DNA of 41,099 bases from Klebsormidium nitens. Taxonomy: Eukaryota; Plantae; Klebsormidiophyceae. A program made the translations under genes and the position numbers. The stretch lies in the NCBI GenBank assembly GCA_000708835.1, contig DF237463.1, positions 26,038-67,136 on the forward strand, in the 5' to 3' direction. Positions within the stretch are counted from its first letter, which is position 1. Each line of letters starts with the position of its first letter. Under the pieces are notes generated by a model. The model worked only from the letters and a program-made list of their open reading frames with translations. It searched no databases and was not told where the DNA came from. This document shows positions 22,572 to 35,600 of the stretch, one piece after another.

Positions 22572-23851
22572 AACAAAAAGTTGCTGCAAAGAAGCTAAAT
22601 TCTAAATCTTTTTTTCGGGAATACTACTATAAGCATATTGTGGACAATAGGCTGAGCACAATGATGTAGAATGTGGACTTTTTCATACCCGTTTCATCTC
22701 AATTCTGCTGCTATTTGCTTGTGACTTCTGTGCGATGCTCCGTTGTTGATGCCACAAAAGCTGCCGCCAAGTTTCTGGATGTATATTGAATCCGGCCTAC
22801 TATAGCATAGAATTGCTCCGTTGAGGCATGCTGTCATAGTCTATCATGTTGGCAGATGTCAGTGCTCTAGGCTCAGCCAAGTAGGTGTTGATTATACTTA
22901 AAAAGTCAGTCAGCAAATTTCACCGACGTGCTGGCCACAGCCTGTTTTGAAAAGGTTATCCTTAATTATAGCATGCCTGGCGGCGCGCGATTATCAAAAC
23001 AGTACCTCAGAACGGATTGGCTACGATCCGATCATACTATTAGACAAAAACACGTCATCACGATGCCCAATCACGTCATACTAGGCAACAACACGCGTTT
23101 TCACTATGCCCAATCTGAATATATGTTGACTGGTATTTGAATATACGTACATTCATTTGTTCCTCAGGCGTTAATCATCCTCTTTCTGGTATCCACTCTA
23201 CCATATAGACATACCGCTTCGCTATCTACTTATTTTCTTTAGCTAAAAATTTTTGGCCTCAGAAGCAGTGGCCCGAAAACCCAATTTGTGGCGCCCCTAT
23301 GCTAGCTCCGGATTAGCACGTGTGCGCAAGAATGTAAGCCCCGTCTCCGCTTCGGAAAAAACTACTCTTTCTACCTAATGTGGATTCCCCTCCTCCGAAT
23401 TGCTCGATCAACGTTACATCATAATACACGCCCCGTGCTTTGAGAGAGAAGCCCCCCAGACGTCAGCTTCGCCAACTGGGCCTCGGCCCGACCTGAGATA
23501 CCCCATCTTCTGGAAAGCTGCCCCGGCTGCGGTTGCTCGCTTCCCCAACCATGTCCCGGGCTATTGTCTCCTGCAGTGCCAAAATTGCGGAGTCTTTGAC
23601 TTCGATCACGTTTTTCGACAACTGTGCATCACACTTGTCTCTCCGGCGGCTTAAATAGGATCGGACGATCGCAAGCATAACTGATTCATTCGATAGAAAA
23701 ATTGTTAGAACGTCTGATCCGATCGAGCCTTTGCCCAAGGGGATTAGAGGCAGCTGTGGCGACGACACAGATAAGGCTTCATGTTCGTCGTAAGAAGCCG
23801 TCCCCCGCTTTAACCAAGTCTGCATTCGCAGGGTCAGCACGTGATCTGTAC

Positions 23852-26800
23852 TCAGGACAACTTCTAGGCAAGGGAAGAAAAAGAATGCTGAAAACATTTA
23901 CAAGCCCGAAAACACCACTGCCAGCAGCTCCCGGCGTTCTGGCATTCAACGTCAGGAAGGCGACAAAGGAGGAAGTCCAACCGCTCGAAACCGATTTCTC
24001 ACACACCGAGAAAGGGTACCGAGCAACCCACCTGCGGTGACGTTTCTGCTGGTAGCCCGTTCATCCCCTGCTGTTGTTTCTGCCGCTCGGCCGCCCGCAT
24101 CAGCTGGTGTTGCCGCTGCATCAGCTCAAACTGCTGCAGCTTGCCAGCGAAGTCGATCGCCGGGAGGGGGGGCCTCCCGCTTTCTCCCTCCGCCTGCGAC
24201 GCCCCCTCTTCCAGCGGCGGGCCCAAACCCCCCAAGCCCTGCCGCCGGTCGTCCTTCATCGACGCCGCTCGCCGGAGGACGGACGCCACTGCTGTGGAGA
24301 CGGGGGATCCCCCGGACTTGCCGCGGTTGGAGTATTCCGTTTCGGGGGGGTGGGAGGACATGTGCATGAGCGCATGCGTGGGCACGCTTTTGAGGCGCGT
24401 GCGCAGGATCATGAAGGCGCCGCTCTGCTGGGGGAGCAGCATGAGGAGGCCGTACAGCGCTTTGAGCAGAGCAGGGTACCGCCCCGGCTCCAGAAGCTGC
24501 AAGGGACACGTTGGCGCGGGATCTTGAGAGGCGTAGACGAGGAACTGGATGGGGAAGACATCCAGTAGCTTAATACGAGCAAGTGCTGATGTTATTGCCG
24601 AGAATGGGTCAAGCATGGCTCCCACGAGATATTATCGCTTCTACGGGAGTCAATACAATCCAATTGTAAGAAGTGCTCTGGACTCGGCATCGGCGCTCGA
24701 ACTGAAGCAATCGAAAGCAGAGGAGAAAACGCGCCACTCCTGAATGTTAGTACATGAGCGTAGTTGTGGAACAACAGGTGACGTAATTTTCTCCGTCTAC
24801 GACTGAATTTTCTCCGTCTACGACTGACTGATCCATCGCGCAATTCAAGGCCAGGAAGTCCAGGTACTCGGACCGTTCTTAAGACTTCACGCCGTTCCGT
24901 TCTCCGCTTGCGACCAGGGCCAAAAATCCCGGCAGAGAAAGACAACGACCACGAACTCTCTCATCCCGAAACCCAGGCACTTTATTTATAACCCCAGAAT
25001 ACGACCAAGATTCTCAAAAGGCCAAGCCGATCGAGACTATGGTACCCACCTGCAGGCGCAGGTACGCGAAGACGGGCGTCTCGAGGAGGTGTACCAGCTT
25101 GTCGACCTGGACCAATAGCCGCACGTTGATGTCCGTTTCCTTGAGGCACGTGATGAGCGCGCTCGCGTGGCCGTACGCCTGCGCGAGCAGGCACAGGCTG
25201 ACGGTGGCCACGGGGGCGTGGCACCACGAGGAGTAGAGCGAGAGGAACAGGGCCTGCCCCTCGGGGCTGCACAGCGACGCGCGCAGCAGCTCGCGCAGGC
25301 CGGCCAGCTCGGAGGCGGTCAGCAGGATCAGGTTAAGGGCCTGAGGAGGGGGAAATAGGGAGGGAGGTTACAATATAAGGAATTCGGCCTTGGGGAGAGG
25401 GAAAGGGAGGGAGGAAATATTTGAGGGCTGCACGGGTTGTTCGAAGGGTAGATTGGGGCCTGATTGAGTAGTCAGTTGAGTCGATACGGTTACAGCGTTC
25501 AGGCAGCGGGGCAGCGGGATTGAATTCGGTAAACTCGGGTTCGTCTACCAGAAGCACGCGAAAGGATGGAGAGCGCTCGTTTGAATGGTCGCGACAGTAT
25601 ATTTCAATGGTCAACCAGCAGAAATGCTTCACGACACCCACCTGGATCATGAGGCTCGCGAACTCGAGGTCCGCCTCCCCTTCGAGGATGGACCCCAGTT
25701 CTCGGTAGACGCGCTCCGCATCCAGCAAGACGCAGAGTCGTCGCAACACGAGGCTCCCCCGCCTGCCCCAAAATGAGGAACGAAATGTTACGAAACATGT
25801 TCGCAAACATTCGACTACCTCCAGCCGTGATCAAGAAGAAGTGAGGTGAGATACTCAGGTCAGTGGAAAGGAGATGACCGGAAAGCAGGCAGCGATGCGT
25901 CCGTTCTGACTGCAGGCTCACGTGTGCAAGATGAGTGGGAGCACCTGGAAATCACAACGTGACCCACTTGCCTTGGGCATCGCAAGGCTTTAACAAACGT
26001 TGCGATAGGTCAGAAAAGCGGCTGCGCATGGAGTAGGCAGAACGCAAAAGCAAACGGCCAACAGCTGCCTTTCTGCAGCAAGCGTCGAACAGCTCGCGGC
26101 CAAAACAGCACAGCCGGATGTTTTCAGACGCCCCAGCCTCAGCGCTCACTTTTCAAGGAGGGCCCTGTCTTTGGAGAAGCGGTGAAGCAGGAAGACCATG
26201 AGGTGCCGGAAGTGGAGCGTCTCCTTGGCGATCGCCGCCTGCACCTCCAGTACCAGCAGGACCACCGCGTCCGAACTGTCCGAAAGCGCGCCCAACAGCG
26301 CGGGGAACAGGTCGTCCAGAAATGACAGCACCTGTGAGAATTGGATACTCCCCAGTATATAGGCTTCGCCACTAAAGCACGTGGGTTATGAGCCTGCATG
26401 GCCTTGCAAATCATCTTACATGGTGCTTCTTTGTCGGCACAACGTGAATAATCTTCTGCGCTCAATCCCAATTCTTTTCTGCGCTCACGGGTTAAGGAGG
26501 CACGCTTTGCTCAGAACGACAGCACCTGTAGGAGTTGGCGGATTTCGGTATAAGGGCTTCCAAAGTAAAGCACGTGGGTTGCGAGACTGCGTGGCCTTGC
26601 CCATCATCTTACATGGTGCATCTTTGTCGTAACAACTCTGATTCTCTTCTGCGCTCAACTTCAATTTCCTTCTGCGCTCATGGTCCAAGGAGACACGCCG
26701 TGGCTTAATATCGACAGCACCCGCACAAAGTGTGCCGGGGCTAATGGAGTAAATGGGCCTTGCACCAAACTTCGGATCTGGGGGCTGAGAGCTGAAACTT

Positions 26801-29800
26801 TCCAAGCGTATTGTCGCAAAAAAAAACGAAAGCACAATCTGAGATTCAAAAGATTCAAAAAAGACTTGCAAATGTTCCTCACCTGCGTCCGGTGCCGTTC
26901 CAGCAGTGCCGCGATCCAACGGAGCGCCTCGAGCCTGGTGGCCTCGTTCTCGTTGGCCATCTCTCTCCGCGCCACCGCCAGCACCTTCTCGATATCCAGC
27001 CCCTCGCGCTTTGCTTCCCGGAGCTCGTCGTTTGTTTCCTTTCCCACCTGCAAGTATTTGCGAGCACTTTCATTGGAACACAAGTAGCACGGTGGACTCA
27101 GAAGGAGTCCACCTAAAAGAATCCCGCCTGCACTACATGCGCAAGTTTTAGCGTCGACCGACCCTGTCGTATCCAAAGACTCTCCCCTTTCCGGAGGCAT
27201 CCAAATCATCCTATTTGAACCACTTGTGGCTCGCAATTTTGTAATGAAGTATCCGTGCTGGAGAGGCAGATTTGCAACAGAATCTCCGCTTACCGCTCGG
27301 ATCTTTTCCTCCTTGTCCGCAATGCACGGCAGGAGGGCGCCCAGGATGTCCGCATAGTACGGCACCAAGTAGTCTTGGCCCAGCTTCACGAACTCGTGAA
27401 TCTGGCACGGACAACACAACAAGGTCACTGAGTGGTCTTGGAAAGAAGATTCGAATGTGAACAACTCCTGGACCTGGAAAGCAAGGCAACGAGGTCGTTT
27501 CATTCGTTTGATACGCAGACTCATTCGTGAACCGGACTGTGACCTTCTTTTGGTAGACAAACAGAGAACTTGAACGAGATGCTTAGGGAAACTCGTCGAG
27601 AAAGGACCAATCCGAGGTGTTTTGGAATGCCACTTTAAAGCGAGGGAGACATAAAATCAAAACTACCCACGAGGTTTTCTATCGCTGCAGTGGGAGCTTG
27701 TTAGGTCACGTGCAAAAGTGAAGGGAATCCAAAAGTGAAGTCACGTCAAGAGGACCTTAGCTTGGCGTCGTACAGATGACCAAGTGCTGCTCTTATCTCA
27801 GGGCCCCTGAACGATCCCTGACTGAGCCGATCATAAGCAACCAACCAGTCTCTGAAGACCGCTGTCGACGAAAAGCCCTACGCCAGCAGAAGAAAATTTC
27901 CCACCCCCAACTTTCCGACAGACACGGGCTTCAACATCGAAGTTCGCCTTTTCCCAAAAGACGCACTGTGCAGTGGCCTAACCTGAAAACCCCTGAATCT
28001 CTCGCCATCCCGCCAAACCTTGAGATTCTCTGCCTTACCCAGGTGACCGCGGTCAGTCGCATGAACTCGTCGGGCGCGGAGGCGCGCTGCACCAGGATTT
28101 CGGTCATGCGGCGATAGTCCACAGACGGCGCGTTGCGGATCTCCTGCAGGAACTCGTTCAGCGCCGTGTCCGCCTGCTGCCGGATCTCGTGGTTGCTGTC
28201 GCTCAGCATGTTGAACAGGCCTGGGGGATACAAGAAGTGCTCAACTTGGCATCGCCACATAGAGGACACCGAATTCCCCGCTTGCTGGTTTCTGTCCTAT
28301 CTGTTAGCGAAGCAAGAAGAAAAAGATGTTTCGAACCTACATGAGAGTCAACAAGCCTCAACGTCGAATCAACTGAAAAGGCGGCCCGCGAGGGGTCCCG
28401 TTGCATCGTTCGGTGAGATACAAGGGGGAACCGCCTGAAGACTGTCCAACTGGTCGGCGAAAGTCAGAGAAACGTAGTTTCAAAGGCATATGGTGAACAC
28501 AGAAACGAGTCCGCCAATCCCTCCGTTTTCGGGCGCTTGCGACTACCTTTTTGTGACCACTTCTTAGGAATTAAACGGTCAGTGCTGCCAATCAAGGCCG
28601 CCGTTTCCACTGACAAGTGCTTTCCAAGCGCAATAAGCTCGGTTTCCAGGTTGGCCCTCCAAAATCTAGCGAAGACCTCACCAAAGAACTTGTGCTTTAG
28701 GCGGCGGGTGCTTACCGTCGAGGAAGTCGGGGAGGAAGCCGAGCATGTCGATGTCGGGCACGCTGTCGAGGACGGTGATCCAGCCGACCAGGAACTGGCG
28801 CACAAACGGGTTCAGCACGTTCATGCGCTCGCGCAGCAGCGGGATGAACTCCTCAATGCTGAACTGGTCGCCCTCCGTCACGATGTCCTGAGAAAGGGGT
28901 TCGTGTCTTAGAAAGCAAGGGCTGCTCAAACTTTGAGCGGATTGCTTTGATCGATTTTAATCAATTCTTCTTTAATGAAACTCAATCGCTTGAGCCGTGG
29001 CTGACTTGAACAGCCTTATCAGGCGTCTTTGGAGTTTCAGGACGCAGGCTGAGGGCTTTTGATTGACAGCCGGAGTCCTTCGGCTTTGTCGGGTTATGAA
29101 GACAATCAAATTCAGTGGCACTTTATTTTCGCTCGGAATGAAAGACACGACCCAACTAAAGGAAAAAGCGTTTGAAGGTTGCTCCGGTCGTGCTGCAAAT
29201 GTCGAAGTGTGACGGTACATGCCGAAGTACGAAAGTCCGCCCGCGCTTGAAGGTGCGAACAAGGGAGTCGGCATCATCCGAACACTCTAAAGTCTCCATG
29301 ACTCCTTGTGGCTCCCCGGTCCTCGCCATGTATTTCGTGATCCCAACAACCGCACACCTTAATAGAAGGCGTTTTGATCCCCCATACTTTGTAATTCCTT
29401 CTCGAAGTGGAACTGCAGACGATCGTAACATTGAAGACGAGACTGTACTTTTTTTGCTTTCAGTCCGCGCACCTTGACGAGTCGGTCCAGCAGGTGCGCC
29501 GCATTCTGGACGTTGGGATCCGAGTCGGCGGACAGCTTGCAGAGCGCGTCAAAGACATCGTTGAAGAAGACGATGAAGTCGCCGCGCGACACCTTGGCGA
29601 TGTTGTACAGCGCCTCGCATGCATAGTAGCGCACGCGGCTGTCCTGGTCCGTGAACGAGTGAAGAACTGGGGGGACGATGCGCTGCGGGGGGACCAAAAA
29701 AGGACTTGAGATACACACCCTTGATTGGTAAATGAGCCGTATATTGGAGAGTTTTCCGGCAATCCTCTGTGGGGTTGAAAAATCGACCAGGGGACCCGTG

Positions 29801-31663
29801 GTAGCCGATTGCAAAAGTTACCCGATGCATCGCATCAAAATGCTTACGCAAGATTTTAGCCAAGTGCGGTTTGACAGCAATGCTGAGAAGAACGATCGAC
29901 ATGATGGCCATGGCAGCGTCTATATGTTGGAAGGGCCCTCAGCCCGAAACCATCTGCTTTTCGATATGGATAAGAACATGAGTAAGCCATTATTCACTAG
30001 GAGCAGGAGGCAACCGACGCATAGGACCAAAGAGAAGCGAGCTAAAGGGCTCTCTTGAGAGGTTCTTAGTCTCCTTATCTCGTTGTCAAGGAGTTCCTTA
30101 TGGCCGAGACGATTATCTCAAAAGACTTGGATACGGAGATCCTCACCGCAAGATACTGCGACGCCTCCCCCGCCAGTCCTACCGTCGCTGCTGCCAAGCC
30201 AATGAGACCTCCCTGCGGTGCCGAACCTTCCGGTCAGTCTAATCAATCCCTTGCCGGAGTAGGTATTCTTCAACAATGCATGGTGCCCTCTTGATTGATC
30301 AAAGCACCCGGAGACGACTTTTTAATCGAGCAAGGGGCGGGCTAAGCACGCTGGTTGTACCAGAATGTTACTGTGGTGATCAGTGTGTCCCTGTCTTCCC
30401 ACACACTGATGATCACAATCACCTACTAACACTTTCTTGTCATGCATAACCAAGATCTAGTATGCTAGGTGTTGTTTAGCGGAAAAGAAAAACGGCATTG
30501 GAGTGGCTACAATAGCGTCAAGGACCCCGCCTCTCTCGCCAATCTAGAAGTAGTAAACCATTAGGGTGTTGCCCATAAGCTTGTTGCCCATACCTTGCGG
30601 TGGTTGGCCTGCGGCGACATTGCAAAGTCGTTGATGAGCACATTGATGAGGGCGGACACCTTCTCCGTCTCCCCCTGGGCCGCAAGGCTCTTGACCACCC
30701 CCTCCACCTGAGATCACATGCGCTTGAATTGACACTCTTATTTGCTACTGAAAAGGTCGCTGTTTTGAGTCCAGCGCACGATTGGCGCACCCGCAAAATC
30801 GGCCTATTCGTACCAGAGACTATCAACTCCTGATTTGGCAAGACTTGGCCCCTCCTCCTGAGCATAGAGCAATTGATACCAGGGCAATCGAGGGATTCAG
30901 ATATGTTGATCTGTGACACCTCCACGCGCGTTACAGGTGGTTTGACTGAACCAAAAGGGATCCCAAGAACCAACAACAAAGTAACCATGCATATTCTGAG
31001 ACAGTTTCACTGACTTGATTCGAAAGGTCCTCAATTTCTAACAATCTGGGAGTCCCACCGACAATGTCCATGAGTTAGACCAGAATTGGCAGCAAGGAAG
31101 GCCTGCACTAACTCAGACTTCTTGCATTTGCCTTGGCAGAACCTTACACGTAAGAGTCTCTCTGGCTCAGCATAGAATAAGGCACTCGAGCGAACCGGTC
31201 TTTGGAATCCAGAAAGAGGCACTTCCCCACCGTTAATTCAGCTAAAACTGTTAAGGATGAATCTGTGGGGCGACATGGCTTCAGCCTCACATCCATTAAA
31301 TTGAATAGATGCAGAAAAGGTGCCACTGGTCATGAGCTATTCTTGAGGGCTTTTCAGGGACAGCAGCAAACGGTTGTTCCAGAGTTGGCGGGGCTCAAAA
31401 CTGCTGGCAGCATTGCCTCTTCCTGAACCGTAGTGCAGGTTTGGTCTCAGGTAAGTTCACATAGAGCTTGTTGCAGCTTGCTACTTGTAATACTCTTTCA
31501 AGCTTTCCAGTCAAGCCTTTCAGTTTCTTGTCACAACAACAAGGGGCTTGAAAAGCATCAATAAACGACTTGCCTCAAGCGCTGCATTCTTCCTCTTCTC
31601 GTAGAGCTTGTCGGCCAAATTCCTCAGCACAGACGCACTGAGCAGCGAGGCCGCATCCGTCAT
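23852..31663 (-). CDS. VAC14: VAC14 homolog, HEAT-repeat scaffold of the PI(3,5)P2 regulatory (FAB1/PIKfyve-FIG4) complex; 722 aa supported plus an uncertain last exon
   Basis: Exons: 31663-31574 (GC donor), 30707-30594, 30212-30147, 29682-29473, 28887-28716, 28220-28039, 27401-27294, 27047-26883, 26331-26150, 25762-25642, 25340-25050, 24496-24032. Motifs: LADKLYEKRKNAALE, SPQANHRKGGLIGLAA, DQDSRVRYYACEALYNIAKV, FLVGWITVLDSVPD, LLDAERVY, LLETPVFAYLRLQLLEP, LYGLLMLLPQQS. The terminal exon is unresolved: either 23863-23852 (KLS*, stronger pyrimidine tract) or 23819-23463. Confidence 0.93.
24785..24826. repeat. Perfect 21-bp tandem duplication in VAC14 intron 11
   Basis: AATTTTCTCCGTCTACGACTG at 24785-24805 and 24806-24826. 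Confidence 0.95.
26324..26720. repeat. Diverged ~194-bp tandem repeat (two copies plus start of a third) in VAC14 intron 8
   Basis: Anchor GACAGCAC at 26324, 26518 and 26713; TAAAGCACGTGGGTT at 26373 and 26566; ATCATCTTACATGGTGC and CTTCTGCGCTCA in both full copies. Confidence 0.9.
30372..30417. repeat. Inverted repeat / hairpin in VAC14 intron 2
   Basis: ATCAGTGTGT (30379-30388) pairs with ACACACTGAT (30401-30410) across a 12-nt loop. It extends about 7 bp outward with one mismatch and one G-U. Confidence 0.75.
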
Positions 31664-32641
31664 CACAATAACCATCGCTGGAAACCGGGGGTACTGCTGA
31701 AGTGGCAGCGCTCGGTCATCTTCCCGGCCGTGAGAAGGCTCGCATTCAGAAAGCCAGAATTGAAAAAGAATTTGGAGCGCCCCAGCTATTCTGATGCAGA
31801 ATGGTTTTACATTGATGGCAGGTTAGGCCTCTCCTTCTGTCAACTTCGATCTTTTGAGCAGAAGCTCAGTATTATAGCTCTAACACCTCAATCAGGCAAC
31901 GGAAGCAGGTCTTGCTTTCAAGATCACATGTAGCCTCCACAGATGAATGCATGCTCCCCAGCTTGACACGCCATAACGCATGAGTGATCCACAAGAGCGC
32001 TGACGAGTCTTCCTTCAGGCGCAGTGCGCTTTGCCACCACTAAATGATTTAGGTAGCATCTACCCTATTGCCTCCTCCGTGAATTCTCTTCGCCTTCACC
32101 CAAAGAATGGCCCAAAATTGGCAGAAGACGGAGCTAGGGCGTGAATGAATGCACGCTTCAAGAAATTAATGCAGGCCCTGGCCCTGGGCCTTCGCCCAAT
32201 CAGAAACCAAGGCTGCCTTCTTCAACTTCAAGTTCTTGTCGTCTCTGAAGTCCGAAGAGTCACGGCTTGCATGCTTGCAAGCATGACGCACTTTGAACCA
32301 TCTGACGAACTTTTGCCGGTCAGCAGCTGACCGCGAAGAAGTTGACGTCATCATGAGAGGTGATGAAGCCCGCTCTTGCGAGTTTGGGAGAGCAATGACG
32401 TCAGCTAAGCGTTGGCAGAAATGAGTTGTCTGCGGGTCACAGGAAACCTAGAGTTTTGGAAAACGAAGGCTTCGGAAATTGCTTTCAGGAGCTGGCAATG
32501 CTCCAAAGCGCAAACCGTGACAGGTTGAGGAGAGAAATTTTGAGGTTCTCAGCATTACCTTTTTGAGCCAGTGTCCAGCAAGAAGCAATCTGGCTGGCGA
32601 GTTGCAGCAATTGAGTCAGCCGGAAACCAGGCGATCTCGTC
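31664..32641. promoter_or_regulatory. Probable bidirectional promoter between VAC14 and RCL1
   Basis: Divergent ATGs are 978 bp apart. Inferred from geometry only. Confidence 0.45.
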
Positions 32642-35600
32642 ATGGCGCTTCGTATGAGAGGGGCTCAGTCTTTTCGACAGCGCCTTGTTTGCGCAACCTT
32701 GGCAGGGACGCCTTTCCGCATTGACGAGATCCGAGCCAGCGACTCCAACCCTGGGCTGAGAGACTTTGAGGCAAATCTGCTCCGGCTATTGGAGAAAGTC
32801 ACAAACGGCTGCGTCGTGGAGATCAATGAAACAGGTGGGTCTTTTGCAGAGAGGCGTCTCCGAAACTCCTTCAGAATTTCTTACCACCACTTCTATCATT
32901 GTGAAAATGGGCCAGAATCAGTCGTTGTGGTTTGCTTAGGTCACTTTCCAGGATTCTTGTTTGCATTGCTTTCTTTTTGAACAATGGCATCTAAAATGTA
33001 GATGGCGCTAGAATCCTGCAAAGCATGGTGGTGGGAAGTAAGTCTTCCTGGTAATGGTGACGCGCCAGACTTTGTGGTTATTGGAGTAGGGAGTCTACAG
33101 GCGTCCCTGGACAAGTCAAAACGTTGTACCACCATTTTTGCCTTTCTTTTCTTCGTTCAAACCCTAACCCTAAAACGCATCTCCTTCTAATAAACATAAT
33201 TTAGTCAGAGTTCAATCTTCAAACTGTTTGCACAGATGTGCCACCATCTCTGATGACAAGATTACAACAAATGATGACAACAATCCGTCATGCTAAAATA
33301 AAGCTTGGCTACCTTCTCGAGCCCTGTCAATCCCCTCCGGTTTCTGTCAGGTACGCGGTTAAGATATAAACCAGGCGTGATCGTCTGCGGTGGGGGCCTC
33401 GTGCATGACTGTGGGACGAGCCGGGGCATCGGGTACTTCCTGGAGCCGCTGATTCTATTGGCACTTTTCGCCAAGAAGAACCTGCAGATTGTGCTGCGGG
33501 GCGTCACGAATGGGCTGCAAGACCCTGGGGTAGACACGTTCCGCACGACCACCCTGCCGCTCCTGCGGCAATTCGGGGTGAGCACTGAGGGGATCCCTTG
33601 GGGTTGTGTTGATGTTGAACGAGCATGCCCTGGCCAGGTTTAGCAGGAGCTTCATATTTGACGCCCTGCCACCCCTGCGGCTCTATGGGGAAGCATGCAG
33701 GGATGAGGTTGGTCTTAGTTTCATGCCCGGTCGCCGCCTCCGGTTTTCTAGTGCTGATGGGTGGGAAGTTTGCTATCTGGGAAGTGGAACGGTCAATTTT
33801 CAGGAGCCACCATCCGTAAGATCCGAAATATGGGCTGATGGTGGTTGAATAACAAAGGCAGTATGTCCCTATGCGCTTAGTTCTTGAGCCATTTTTTACA
33901 TCTTCTCAATAGGATCTTGCCTGAGTGCCTAGGCAACACACTGGTGCCAGAGAGCAAGGCGCCCAGCGGCGTGGAATTGCGCTTCGATGGCATTTTTTTT
34001 GGTGTCTTCAATTCGGGGCAACTTTCGCGAGTAGAGCAAGTTATGCGCTCCCATCTCAAGCTGGAACAGTTGGATGATGACCCTACTGCACCATCCATAG
34101 ATGTTTGCTTCTTTCTGATTGACAGTGTGCACGACCGCCTTCTTGTATAGGTGTCAACGGACGGCCTGGAGCTCAGAATAGTGAAGCGGGGGGCGCCGCC
34201 ACTTGGAGGTGGGGAGGTGATGCTAAAGGTCCCGGTGGTCGGAGCGTCGCTGCAGGTGAGAGGGCAGTGCATCATGTTCCGTCCTCCCCTTGGATGCTTC
34301 GTTTTATAAGACTTGAACGCGGAGAGGGTTTTGCATTTTGATTCTGAAGAGGGACTGGTGGTAGGAGATGAGGGGGGAGGCTTCATACGCTGCTCGTTTG
34401 CAGCTTCACTTAATGGTCTTGACCACGCAGCTTGAAAAGACACCGTCTCCATTTCTGAGGGGCCTCACAACTGGTTAAGAAGCCAGGGGTCCCACCGATC
34501 AGTCCACTTACTGACATTTCCTCTCTATGCCGGCATGTAACTCTCATTAAGTAAAAGATTTGCCCTTTTGTGATTGACATCACCCGTTTGGTTCATGACA
34601 ATTCTCCGTCTGTTCAAAGGCTTCAGTCGACACAATCCCCCCGAATTGTTGGCGAAGCATCCCCTCCATCCCTTCCCAGAGTCAGCAGCGAGCCACCTCG
34701 GTCTTTTTTTGAGCGACTTCGATGCAGGGCAGCAGGACACAGTACCTCCGTTCATCCGCCACCCCGAGAACACCCTTAGACACTTTCCACACTACTCTTT
34801 GCAGGCGGTGAACTGGACGGACGAGGGCATGGTGAAGCGGATACGGGGGGTAGCCTACTCTGCCCGGGTATCCCCCCAGATGGCGAACCGCATGGTGGAC
34901 TCAGCTCGGGGGGTGCTCAACCGTCTCCTGCCAGACGTCTACATCTTCACGGACCATTACACAGGAGCGGAGTCCGGAAAGTGAGTTCGTTCAGCCCCAC
35001 CCTTTCGGTCTCAAAAGCTGAAGCGTTTTGAGAGCTGCTATGGCGGGTTTCAATCACAGGCTCAGCGGTCTTTGCTCGATCAGTCTGGAATCTCCGACTT
35101 GTGTTCGGGTAAGGTGTTTCTGCTTGAAGATCAAATTGCCTGTTCCTAACAGAAATAGGCGAACCGTAGGTACTAAAGTAGTATGTTATGCAGGTCCCCC
35201 GGTTACGGTCTGGCCCTGGTTGCCGAAAGTACGAGCGGATGCCTCATCAGCACGGAAGCCACCGCAGAGGTCTCATCCGCCGCAGACGAGCGGGATCGAG
35301 AGGCGGGCCCCGCTCCCGAGGCTCTTTTGCCGGAAGACATTGGTGCGCGCGCGGCCCACCAACTACTCGACGAGATTCGGCAAGGGGGGGTAGTGGACTC
35401 GACGCATCAGGTAAGATCAAGATGGTGCTGCCAAAGTGGGAGGTCAACGCATGGCTGGTTTGTGGTTGCTGGCTTTGGGTCTGTGCTTGTCCTTACAGGT
35501 TACAGGAGCACTTAAGGATGTTCAAAGTACAGTTTGTGGTTCTTGCTGACTTCAGAAAGTGTTGTCGATTGTTCAGACTGCTTTGCTGGTCCGACTCCCT

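Noticed and set aside
33250-33280. TGATGA motifs in RCL1 intron 1 (also near 9565) as box C/D snoRNA C boxes
   Set aside because: No downstream CTGA D box or terminal stem at a suitable distance.
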